DNA from: Setoptus koraiensis
Lineage: Eukaryota > Animalia > Arthropoda
Direction of reading: 5' to 3'
Assembly (NCBI GenBank): GCA_048013815.1
Contig: CM106585.1
Location: 22,878,001 to 22,942,000 of the forward strand
DNA length: 64,000 nt
In this document: positions 19,571 to 30,126 of the stretch, piece by piece
How positions within the stretch are numbered: position 1 is the stretch's first letter
How the letters are laid out: the number at the start of each line of letters is the position of its first letter
Program-made: the position numbers and the translations under genes
The notes under the pieces: generated by a model
What the model was told of the DNA's origin: nothing
Database searches by the model: none
Seen by the model: only the letters and a program-made list of their open reading frames with translations

Positions 19571-22497
19571 TCATGTGGCAAGCTGCTTGGGGTCTGTGGT
19601 GCTTTCTTTTCTAAGCTTCTGGCGTCGTTCTATCCGATCTTTGATTGCATCTGAGATCTTTGCTTGATTCCTCTTTTGATGACGCGCCAATTGGCGTCGG
19701 TGTTTCTCGTGAAGTTTGTCAATTTGAGCTGTAGATAAATTGAGAGCGTCGAGGTCGAGATACATTAGTTACACATTCGATAGAGGGAGCAGAAGAGAGA
19801 TAAAGTATGTAAATCATGTAATGTGAGTTCACGACCAACTGACTTCTTTCTGCGATAAAATTAAAATTTGCAAACAGATCGATGTAATGATATAGACGGC
19901 AATCTAATTGATGCCCAGAAAAGTTGGCTCAGGAGGGAGCCATGGCGGAGTACCTGAAATGAGAAGTGTTCATATCAGAAGCATTTTCACATGAGTGAAG
20001 CGTTTTTTTTTTTTGAAAAAATCTGCCTGTGATGGGCGTGTTTTCTACTGATAAGTATGACTTTGCGTAAACTATTCTCTCAGCTACGATATTGAACTGC
20101 CAGATTTCAAGTTAATTCTCACAAATAAAACAATCCCTCGAATTTAGAAGCAGTCGGTCGTGTACCCAAGCATCAACACTTAATCAGTGCAACATACCTA
20201 TCAGGCTCTTTTTGGTTTCCTCATCCATTTCGATTGGCGTGGTGATCTTAATTGTTGAGGCCGCACTATTAATTGAACCCTCTTGACTGTGAGTATTTCC
20301 TGAATTAGTCGCATCATGTCTGTCGTGCTTATAACCCTCCGTTAGCTTGGCTGCTGTCTGTTGGATATTGTCCAGGGTGACGGTTGCCCTCGATCCATTG
20401 CTATTGCTATCATCTGACCTAAGTGGCCTGTTTGCATTATTATTGTTGGTTAGACTATTGGTGTGTTTTAGTTGGATATCGAGCCTACTCGAGGACTCAT
20501 TTGATGTTTGATTAATTTGTAGTTGTTCTTGTTGCTGCTGTCTAGCCATACGGTCCTTCTTAAGCATCTGATCTATTTCCTCTTCTAAATCTAGATCGTT
20601 GTTCTCACTTTCGACCCCGCTATCACGATTTACTTCGCCACTATTGGGCAATGTTTGTGTAGTTGGTGAGGCAAATGAGGCTAATGGCGATTCTTGTACT
20701 CTAGCTTTAATTAGATTAATTCTTTCCTTTCTCAACTGCACTGCAATCCATCTATATTCTTCAGCTAACTCGAAGCTATCTCTGGCTATTGTTGTTTGCA
20801 ATATTTGTCCCAACCATTGTTTCACTGATAGAGCTCGCTTGTAGGCCACCTCAATGGTTGTCTTGACTTTGTTCTTTTTCAACTGATTCCAATCATCAGT
20901 TAATATTGCATCGATGACACTATTAAAATTATCTGTTTCATTATCGGTATAGAAAGGTGCATCAACATTGGGATTATATTTTTGTGCTTTCTCTAAATCC
21001 GAGCGCGACTTGGTGCACAATTCATGAACGCCTTTGGCCACCTCGGTTAATTGTTCTTTATCTAAATTAAAACGTTCTATCTTGCTAAATTCATCTAACG
21101 CCCTACTAAATTGTTCGCATGCCTGCGTTGCTAGTGTCTCGGCTCTTTTCCAAGCATAAAAAACCTGATCAACGTAATGTTTTTGCTCCAACAGCCAATC
21201 CAATTGTTTCTCGAGATGATTCTCTAGACCGCTACCAAAATGACCATCAAATATCTTGTCCAATAACGCGTCGCGCTTCTTATATTTCTGCTGTAACCTA
21301 TCACATTCTAATATAACTTTTTCCACTTCTTGTTTCAGTTTATCGCGTTCTCTCTCAAGCAATATCTGCATTGCATAGTGTTAATGAAAACAAGTTATTT
21401 ATACAATTAGTACTAGAGTTAGAACTACCGGTAGCTAGGTAGCTAGTACGTCGGACAGGAGAGAATGATAGCTCAATACATGAACTTATTGTTACGTTAC
21501 CTTCTTGGCAAAAATCTCCTCTATGTTGATATTGGTCTTGTTGAATTTGATGCTACTGTCTCTCTTATTTCCGTGCCTCGTTGAAACACTATGGACACTT
21601 GCATCTTGGGTTGCGTTTGAAGAGGTTGCCGACTGTCTAGATTGTCTAGATTGCCGAGCTATCTCTTTAGAGGTTATATCTAGTTCTTGATCTAACTGTT
21701 CTAATTGTTCAATGCGCTCATGATACAAATTAAGCACGTCCTTACTTTCAAGTTGGGATATCTCATAATCCACTTGAAAGTATTCGTTTAATAGGTCCAT
21801 GTTTATGTCCATCTACGCAATTCAATATGTCAATGAAGGAGATATAAATACAAGAGCAGAGATTAAAAACAGTTTATTGTGCAGTTTGTTCATAACTAAT
21901 CATCGACGTCAGTATAATCGATATACTTACGTTCCAAGTATTCTGTTGTTCCGTTGTATTTGTTTGATCTTGCTCTTGGTCACCCTCAACCATCAGACCA
22001 TTATTATCAGTACCATTATCCGCATTGCTATTCATATCTACCTGTTCGTTATCTCTACCATTATGCTGATCGAGAGCATTAGATACAGAGGCCGACTCGC
22101 CAAAGTTATTTGATTGTTCGTCATTGACTAATGAATTTTTACTGTCATCATCAACTACGCTATTACTATTATTGTTGTTCACCTCGTTAGGTTTTTTCGT
22201 TGTTGTTTGCGCCATATTTCCGTTGTTGTTATTATTGTTATTATTAACACCAGAAGATTGTTGAGCTTCACTATGATTCTGTTGTTCATTCGATTTCATA
22301 CCGGTTCTTTTATCAACATTATAATTATCATTAGTCTCATTACCATTTGAATTTTTTGTTCGTTGCTCCGACGAGGATAGTCTCTTTTTAGGAGATACAT
22401 TCTTATTATTATTGCTTGAAGATGGTTCCTGCCTACGTGTTTGCTGTAGTTTGTGTCTAGCACTAGTCGCCGCCGTATGGCTAGAACCGCAGCCCAT
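19571..22497 (-). CDS. Uncharacterised N-acylated coiled-coil protein, 4 exons, about 734 aa
   Basis: Exons 22497-21931, 21812-21501, 21365-20198 and 19728-19571, all with GT-AG boundaries and consistent phases (0, 0, 1), total 2205 nt. It starts MGCGSS, has an Asn-rich N-terminus and a long helical/coiled-coil core (LLNEYFQVDYEISQLE; RDALLDKIFDGHFGSGLENHLE), and ends with KKSLI-A-QIDKLHEKHRRQLARHQKRNQAKISDAIKDRIERRQKLRKE. Confidence 0.8.
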
Positions 22498-24595
22498 TGA
22501 AATGAAGCATCTAGTCTGAAATATTCTAATCAAATTTAATTTAGTTTTCTCTTTAGCCACGGTCACTAGCCCATTCTTGTAATAAAGCTTGATTCAATTG
22601 TTACTTTTCTTCTTTCAAGTTCTTCTACAATCCACCTATATTGTTCAGCTAAAATTCAAACCTTTCTCTACTTGTTCACTTGCTTAATTTTGAGTTACTA
22701 GGCTGTAAATCGTGGATGCCTGCAATAATTAGTGCATTAGTTGCTGTATAAACGACGCTAAGATCACCATACAAATGATACATATGTTCGAGGAATAATT
22801 GATTAATACTTATCTAATACTTTATATTCTTTGTAGCTTCTGCTTAGTTCGTCGACGACGTTTTCAATCAGTTCTTATTTGAGATATTTCCTATAGTCCA
22901 GATTCTATTTGATAATTGTTGCATGCAAAACTTCTTGGTAGCTACATTTTCACTACAAAGGTAGAATATTGAACTAAGCAACTAAAAGAGACATTGCAAA
23001 AATGTAACTTGTTCATAGTGTGTGGATTTCACAAAACCATTCAAATGCTTTTTTACAACTGAAATGAATGCAGCATTATATCAACGATCTTTCAGTAGTC
23101 TAATGCGCTGTATATTTAATTACCTTGATTGCAGAACAGTGACATAATCAGATAATTACAATAATCGTAGAATTATAGTCAAGTTTGTAATGAACACAAT
23201 TTATTCTATATACCTCTACACAAACAAACTGTAGATGAGCAGAGTTGTAGTTATTTTTTGGTGTGATTCAACTGGATATTTGCTTCAATCAAAACTCAGT
23301 GACTTATTGTCTGATATAGAGTAAGAACGTTTTGAGTACCTAGCACTCTATCATAGCCGCGACTCGATAATATCCTTAAGTCAATAAATGATTTTATTGA
23401 CTGTTATATCTTGTTTTCACTACCCAATTCAAGGTCTGATTCCCCCAGCTGCTCATGTAAGCCTTATACCGGGGGCGAGATGGTAACCGTTTTTATATGA
23501 CTATAGGCAAAAATGGCTTCGTTTCAGACCAGCGCGAGTATATTTCATCATAATGTTCATTGGTCGAGTGCGTGTTCTTTCAAAGGAATATTTGCGAAAG
23601 CAATGATTGCTAGTTGAGTAAACTCGCAAACAGAATCAATTTAGTAGTGTAGCAACACCATATAGTTGCTGGTCTCATTGCCTTCGCTAATGTCGTTGCG
23701 TTTGTTATTGTTGACAACACGCAACTACTTTACATGTCAACAATTTTGGGATATTAATATTCAGATAAACTCACTCTGATATCAATGAGAGAAATACACG
23801 CTCATTGCACCTAATGCGATCTAGTTGTAGACCTGGACATGATAGCACCAATTATTTTGAAGATATGTCTATCTCCGTTTGCTCACTAAAATGCCTCTAT
23901 TCAACTTGCACGCGCAAAAGCTCAAATATTGATGAGGCCGACAAAATTCGATCGCTAGAGGGCAAATGAATAAATATTCAAGAGCTATAGCCTGAGTGAA
24001 TAAATATTCAGGCGCTAGCGTGACAACAATAAACTATAGCCTCTCAATCATTTTATACTGAGTGTATCACTAGCACCACCCATCTCGGGGAAATGTCACC
24101 TCAAGTAAAGTCTACTGCCCCTAATATTCACAACCTGATATCTAAGGAAGCGCAAGTATAACGCCACCTATGGGGCATTGTTTGGCGCTATTCCATTGAA
24201 CCGGATCTGAAATGCGGTGTTAGCTGTTTCTTGAAACATTATCACAACCTAGATAAGCTACCTGGATCCAGAAGTAACAGAGAACGAATTCTTTTCTAAC
24301 TCTCTCTTTACATATAAGCCAGGAATTGTTTACCGATCTCTACTTATAAAGAGACGGGTTCTTGAATGATCGATCAGCATAAAATCGAGTCTTTTGGTAT
24401 CTTTCATCATAGCATCCCACATGGGAATGGTTATCAGCTAAAGATAGGCACACCAGTGCGATGATAGAGCTCAACTGCTGAAATTGAGCTGCTAGATATG
24501 AATTGATAAGATTTATAGAAACAAGAAAAGCATTTGTTTGTCTCTTAATTAAGGCAATTAATATTTATATGTATATGTATTTTAGTTGCTCTATG

Positions 24596-27160
24596 TTACT
24601 CTTGAACTTCCTGGCCCTGTTGAGTATCTTGAGGGTGTGAATTTGTTTGAAATTTCGACAGTATCTCCTGGGCTGTCCACTTTTTTCTTTTCTTCTCTAA
24701 TGGCTCTTCAACAATAGTAACACCAGCGTCGTCATAATCTACATATGATTTGAATATATGATATTCTGGTGAGTCTTCAATCATAGCTGTGGGTAAATTA
24801 CCAATACCGACATTGGATGGCCTTTCGATATGGTTCTCATATTCGTCAACTACAACTTCAACATAAGAATTCATGAGCATTTCGCCATCAGTCGTAACAC
24901 TATTTTGCTGATTATCTCCTCCAGGTAACAATTTCGTTGAACTAGATAATGCAATAGACTGATGCTGATGCTGGTTATGTAGCTGTCCAATCAAACTCCT
25001 ATCCATCTGGTTTGCGCCCGAACCCGATGCGTACCCAATTTTGTCCTCGTAGTCATAAAAATATCTTAAGATTGCAAAGTCTTCAAATGTTGATGTGTCG
25101 AATCTAGTAGAATTGTCATCTTCATAGTAATGTATTAATGAGAACAGGCTCTCTGATTTGGCTGAGCTCATAGCTTTCAATCTCAATATTCTTAATGCCA
25201 CTCGACGGATTGACTCTGCACAAGGCAGCGACAACCACCAGTCGATAGCAGATTTGGTTTCGTCGTAGAGAATATCGTAAGGTTCCTCTCGTCTCAAAAA
25301 TAGTTTCCATTGCTCAAAAATGGTATGTCCATCGGATTCTTCTGACATGAATTCGCTAGCAATAGTTAAAATTTCTTCAATAGCTGCGTCCTTAGCAGTT
25401 TTTGTCATATAAGCACAACGATGTTTGGGGTTTAATAGATAAGCTGCAAATAACAACTTGAGCTCCGAGGCGCAGAACCTTTTTAGGTAACATTCTATTA
25501 AATGTTGCTTGTAACTATCTGCTCCTTGCTTCCAATTTTCAAATAACGTTTTACCATATAACAGAAGCCAATTCATGAAATCACTCAAAGTTAGGCTAGT
25601 TGTCGCTGACGCATTTGTAGTTGTTGTGGTAGTTATTATTCCTGTAGCTTCAGAGGGTCCTGTTTGAACTGTCGAAATATGTATTGTTGTGGTTAAAGCT
25701 ACTAAATCCTGGATTGGTTTTAGATAGGCGAGCGCCAGATTGAGATTATTCCAAAATTCGGCAGATTCAACAATTTGCTTAACTTCATAAAATTGCGCAT
25801 CATCAATTGTTTGTTGTGTAGTATTTGGAGTAAACTGTTCCACGGTTCTTAGTATGCCTTCGCTATTGTTTTTAATATACTCTAGCATATAAATAACTAA
25901 ATATGAATACCAACGTCTTGTCTTACATATTGAACCGCAAATGGTTGGATTAAATTTTTCCAATGATAAACTTAATCTTGGTCGTTGATTAATAAAATTG
26001 ATCAATCTATTTGAATTTCTCATGACATCTCTAAATTGTTGATTATAGTCAACGATATCTGAACATAATAAATTAGTAAAATGTACCCAACAGTAATAAG
26101 TCACTATAGATGGGTAGAGCTCGTATGTTGATTGGCGGGCTGCAATTGCGAATGCGTCTGTTTCAGGATCAGTAAATATTAAACTATTAATCCTATCGCT
26201 ACCAATTCGTTTGACACAATCATCAATAAAGTCCGTTATTTTTTGAGCCCATTGCGCCTCATCGGGCACATCAATGATATCATGTAAAGATATTAAAAAG
26301 CGCTTGTGCTCTAAATTGGCTATGATAGCATACATCAATCTGCCTCTTAGACTGTCTGACCAATTATGTAATTCTAAATTTACAGTTTTTTTGGAGGCTT
26401 TCACCAAGATATTAGCTATCCTTTGTTTGACCAATGTGGCCTCCATTTTGAGGTTCTGTGTAATCAAATTAATACTTGTCGGTGGTTTATAGTCAGTTGC
26501 AAATGTTTTAACCCAGGCTTGAAATTCTTTCGTGTCACTTAAAGATAATGGCAAGTTTCTAGTGATGACCAATTTAAGATAGGCCTTATCAACAGGCTCA
26601 TGATTGAGCTTAATAATGCCACTGGGCGTGATGCCACTAACGCCGGCATTAGCGCCAGTTAACGAGGCTGCCGTAAATTGGGGAAATGGTAACGCCTGGC
26701 TAATATTGAGGCTATTGGACGAGGCATTGAGTTGGCCGGATTTTCTGCCACGCCTGGCGCCCTTACGTGTACTAATTTGATTTTGTCCATTTGGATCCAT
26801 CATTGAATTGTTATTCATGCCAATAGTAAGACTATTATTGCCCGTTATACTGGCTATAGTGGCTGGCGTTGCATTTGACGCCTCTAATATGGATTGATTG
26901 ATGCCTGATGGTGATGATTGCGCTAGTGAATTGAGCGTTTCAGCTATAATTTGTTCGGGATTTTGAATGCAACTACATTTCCTGAGATGCTTAATAAGCC
27001 GTTGCTTGCTACCGCAAACAAATTCCTTGTGACAATGATTACATTTGGCCTCGGGATGATGTGATTTGGTTTTGCCAGGACTTAGTGTGTAGTGTTGATA
27101 AATTGGCAAGCTGCGCCTTTTTTCTTCCACACCTCGATGGGTACCTCCGCGACGAGCCAT
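24596..27160 (-). CDS. BED zinc-finger protein derived from a hAT-superfamily transposase (ZBED-like, DUF659-type core), intronless, 854 aa
   Basis: N-terminal BED finger (IYQHY...AKCNHCHKEF...RLIKHLRKC). hAT core motifs LELHNWSD, IFTD and CWVHFTNLLCSDI (CxxH), and dimerisation region IDWWLSL...IRRVALRILRLKAMSSAKSESLFS. C-terminal KKRKK resembles an NLS. No terminal inverted repeats noticed nearby. Confidence 0.85.
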   Translation of the reverse strand: MARRGGTHRGVEEKRRSLPIYQHYTLSPGKTKSHHPEAKCNHCHKEFVCGSKQRLIKHLRKCSCIQNPEQIIAETLNSLAQSSPSGINQSILEASNATPATIASITGNNSLTIGMNNNSMMDPNGQNQISTRKGARRGRKSGQLNASSNSLNISQALPFPQFTAASLTGANAGVSGITPSGIIKLNHEPVDKAYLKLVITRNLPLSLSDTKEFQAWVKTFATDYKPPTSINLITQNLKMEATLVKQRIANILVKASKKTVNLELHNWSDSLRGRLMYAIIANLEHKRFLISLHDIIDVPDEAQWAQKITDFIDDCVKRIGSDRINSLIFTDPETDAFAIAARQSTYELYPSIVTYYCWVHFTNLLCSDIVDYNQQFRDVMRNSNRLINFINQRPRLSLSLEKFNPTICGSICKTRRWYSYLVIYMLEYIKNNSEGILRTVEQFTPNTTQQTIDDAQFYEVKQIVESAEFWNNLNLALAYLKPIQDLVALTTTIHISTVQTGPSEATGIITTTTTTNASATTSLTLSDFMNWLLLYGKTLFENWKQGADSYKQHLIECYLKRFCASELKLLFAAYLLNPKHRCAYMTKTAKDAAIEEILTIASEFMSEESDGHTIFEQWKLFLRREEPYDILYDETKSAIDWWLSLPCAESIRRVALRILRLKAMSSAKSESLFSLIHYYEDDNSTRFDTSTFEDFAILRYFYDYEDKIGYASGSGANQMDRSLIGQLHNQHQHQSIALSSSTKLLPGGDNQQNSVTTDGEMLMNSYVEVVVDEYENHIERPSNVGIGNLPTAMIEDSPEYHIFKSYVDYDDAGVTIVEEPLEKKRKKWTAQEILSKFQTNSHPQDTQQGQEVQE

Positions 27161-27329
27161 TTTGTTGGTTGTTGTTTTATAGTTGTTGTACCGACGATAG
27201 TGCTGGTGATATATAGAGATTTTAGAGAGCTAGAGTTGTGTCTGTGAGAGATATTTAGAGGGAGACAGAGAGAGAGAGATAAAGAGATAGACAGACGGTG
27301 AGCGAGACAGATGGGTGTCCAGCGCGGTG

Positions 27330-28000
27330 ATTGTCGTTTCTTGCCGAGTAGCGTGTGTGTGTGTGTTAATATAATTTATAATAATAATTATACACAAATA
27401 TATATAACTGTGGATGATTAATAGTGCCAACTAGCTATACGTAGAGTGCATATGTGTGTGTTGTATATATTTGGATATATAAAAAATTTATCAATACAAT
27501 ATTAATCGCAGCAGCATTGAATATATATTATTGTTATTATTATAATATATATCCAATAGATCGGATCAGATTAACAGCAGCAGCAGCGGCGGCGGCGATA
27601 CTTGCAGCAAGCTCAGCGAGCCACCAGAGCAGCGTTAGCAGCAGCAGCAGCACCTTTTCTCTATCGTCAGCGTACGCTCAGACACGCACAGACGGACGAA
27701 CGTTTCAATAGCGCTATTGCACACAATTGGACAAACGCACAAATGTGTGTTGGACACACACACTTTAGCAGTGATGAACTCTCACAGATAGTGCGTTCGA
27801 CATTCCCACAATTGGCACACTCGCGCGAATATTGTGCGCATTAGTAGCAATAGCAGCAGGAATGGGAAGCAGAAGTTTGTGAGCTGCTTGTGAGAGTTGG
27901 CAGCACACACAGCAACACACACACGCACGCACACACACACACTCACACACACAAACTGTGTGCGGCACACACACACACACACAGCACTTACACTGTGAAA
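27330..28000. repeat. Cluster of (GT)n, (GCA)n and (CA)n microsatellites upstream of the BED-finger gene
   Basis: GCA runs at about 27575-27650 and CACACA runs at about 27905-27985; these explain the spurious V/C- and H/T-rich ORFs. Confidence 0.85.
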
Positions 28001-28739
28001 GTTACACAGCATTTTATTCCATGCACCAGCGCCAGTGCCAGTGCGGTGGGCAAGCGCACACACGCACGCTCACTCGCTACTCCCCATTGTGAACTTGGCG
28101 CAAACGCGCACCCGCACACACCCAGCGTTTATGCTCCGCTATCGTGACACACGCACTGACGCACACACTCGCCATTCTCAATTGCAGCTTCAGCGAGCAC
28201 GTTTGTCTGTCCATTTCTACGCTATATCCTCTGTGTTTGTTCGTGCCTCGCTCGCCCGCCGTGCGCTGCCGCAATCTGCTGCCCGTATCTGCCGCTAGTG
28301 ATAGCGCCATCGCTGCTAGCTTGTGCAGTCGTGTACTGCAGCAACAGCAGCACCAGTGTCGTGTGTAACGCCACTCTCGCTGCGAGACTCTCGCATGCTT
28401 TCGGCCCTGTTCACGTTGTTGTCAGTTGCCGATTGCGTGCGCTTTTTAGCATGCTGTGCGCAGAACGCTTTCCTGTTCAGACACATTGTGCGCTTTCGCG
28501 CCGATTGGTGCTCGGTGAGCGCGCAATTCAATTTATGTGCCAAAAGAGAAAAAGAAGTGGAACTGGCGCGCACACCCACATCACCTGCGAACCTTGCGCT
28601 CTCTGAGCCACCGCGAACACATGACGCCAGCGGTGCCGCCGCGTCCACTACGCACTGCATAAACTGACACACACACGTATCTATGCGTACGGCCCTTTGC
28701 GCGCCCTTTGCACCAGCGCGCTACAGCTGTGTCAGGTGA

Positions 28740-28832
28740 TATACCCCACATACGCCCAACGTACCCCATGTGCGCCCAACGCACCCCATACGCGCCACAT
28801 ATACCCCATGCACGCCATATATGCCCCATACA
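28740..28832. repeat. 20-bp minisatellite, about 4.5 degenerate copies
   Basis: ATATACCCCACATACGCCCA / ACGTACCCCATGTGCGCCCA / ACGCACCCCATACGCGCCAC / ATATACCCCATGCACGCCAT / ATATGCCCCATAC. Confidence 0.8.
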
Positions 28833-30126
28833 AAAACCCTATGTAGACCTTGGTTGAGTATATCATTTGAGTCTGTTTATTCATGATGGCTCGCCGATTG
28901 TCATTTACAAACGAACAGCCAGCGAACATATACCGGCCAACAATTACACGTAAAAAGCATGCAGTTTCGAATCCGCGATTTGCGTTCGCTGGGGGCAACA
29001 TCGCCGGTCACTATCATTGTGCGGCTGCCATTTGCGCTGTCCAGCGCGGTGCCCGTGCAGTCCGTGCGGTGCCAGCGTCAGTGCATATGCAATAGCGCGC
29101 CCAAAACCAATTCGCCGCTCCACCTGGTGATGCCCGGTGCAAGTACAATATCGACTTGACATAAAATTCGAAATTCGAAATTCGTAGCGTATCGAGCCTA
29201 TTTTCACTTGCCGTTCCTCACACTTTTCATCTCAACGCACTCGATCACCGTCCCGCTTCCGGTTTGTGCGTTACTCGTCACTTTTTTCATATTATATTGT
29301 TCATACTTGACATATCGTTGTAACTGTAACGATTTTGGATTCGTAATTGGACCTGTGCCTGGTGTCTCGTTTGCCGGCATCTATTCACGTTTCCGACCGT
29401 TACAAACAGTTACACACTGCTGTGAACCGTTTAGCCGGTCGTCGTGATGAAAAACGTCGCAAAGTGTCCATTTGCAAGTTGCGTAACGCGCGCCATGAAA
29501 TGAACACCAACCCACTCACTAACAACGCCTCAATCCTCGTGCGCCTCGTGTGACGCAACCGCATTTCCGGTCGAAGTCAACGGCCAGATAACGTATACAC
29601 GTGACACATCACGAGTGGTACAGATGCAACTATCATTATGACACAATTAATGGTGTGTAGTTAATGGCGATAAAACGTTTGTAATTGCATTACAACTGTT
29701 CGATGATGGTAACATTACAATTACGTGTAATGTTATGATTGTTGCATTTATTATAAGTATACATATTTGTACAATGTGCGCTGTCACGTCGTCCATTTGA
29801 TCTATATAAGTGGTCATACAAGATGTCATTTTATCCGATGCATACATCGAACGCAACCAATTTGGGATTAAATGTGGATTTCAAGGAGTTCTCAAGTTAG
29901 AGAGCAACAGCAAAAACAATGAATAATCATCAACAATTAATTGGCTCCTCCGGTCTGATTGCATTCGCTATAAGCTGTCTTGTGTGCAACTAAGCACTCT
30001 GATAATAACTGTACAATGTAATAGTAATAATTACAACCACCAGTGAGCTCGTTGTCGCCGGACGTCGCTTGTTTTCTTTCTCTATGTCTGTGTATGTGTA
30101 AATTTAATTATCATTAAATAAACAAT

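Noticed and set aside
27230-29207. Dense overlapping 65-118 aa ORFs on both strands
   Set aside because: Produced by CA/GT/GCA repeats and locally higher GC (few stops); no domain signal.
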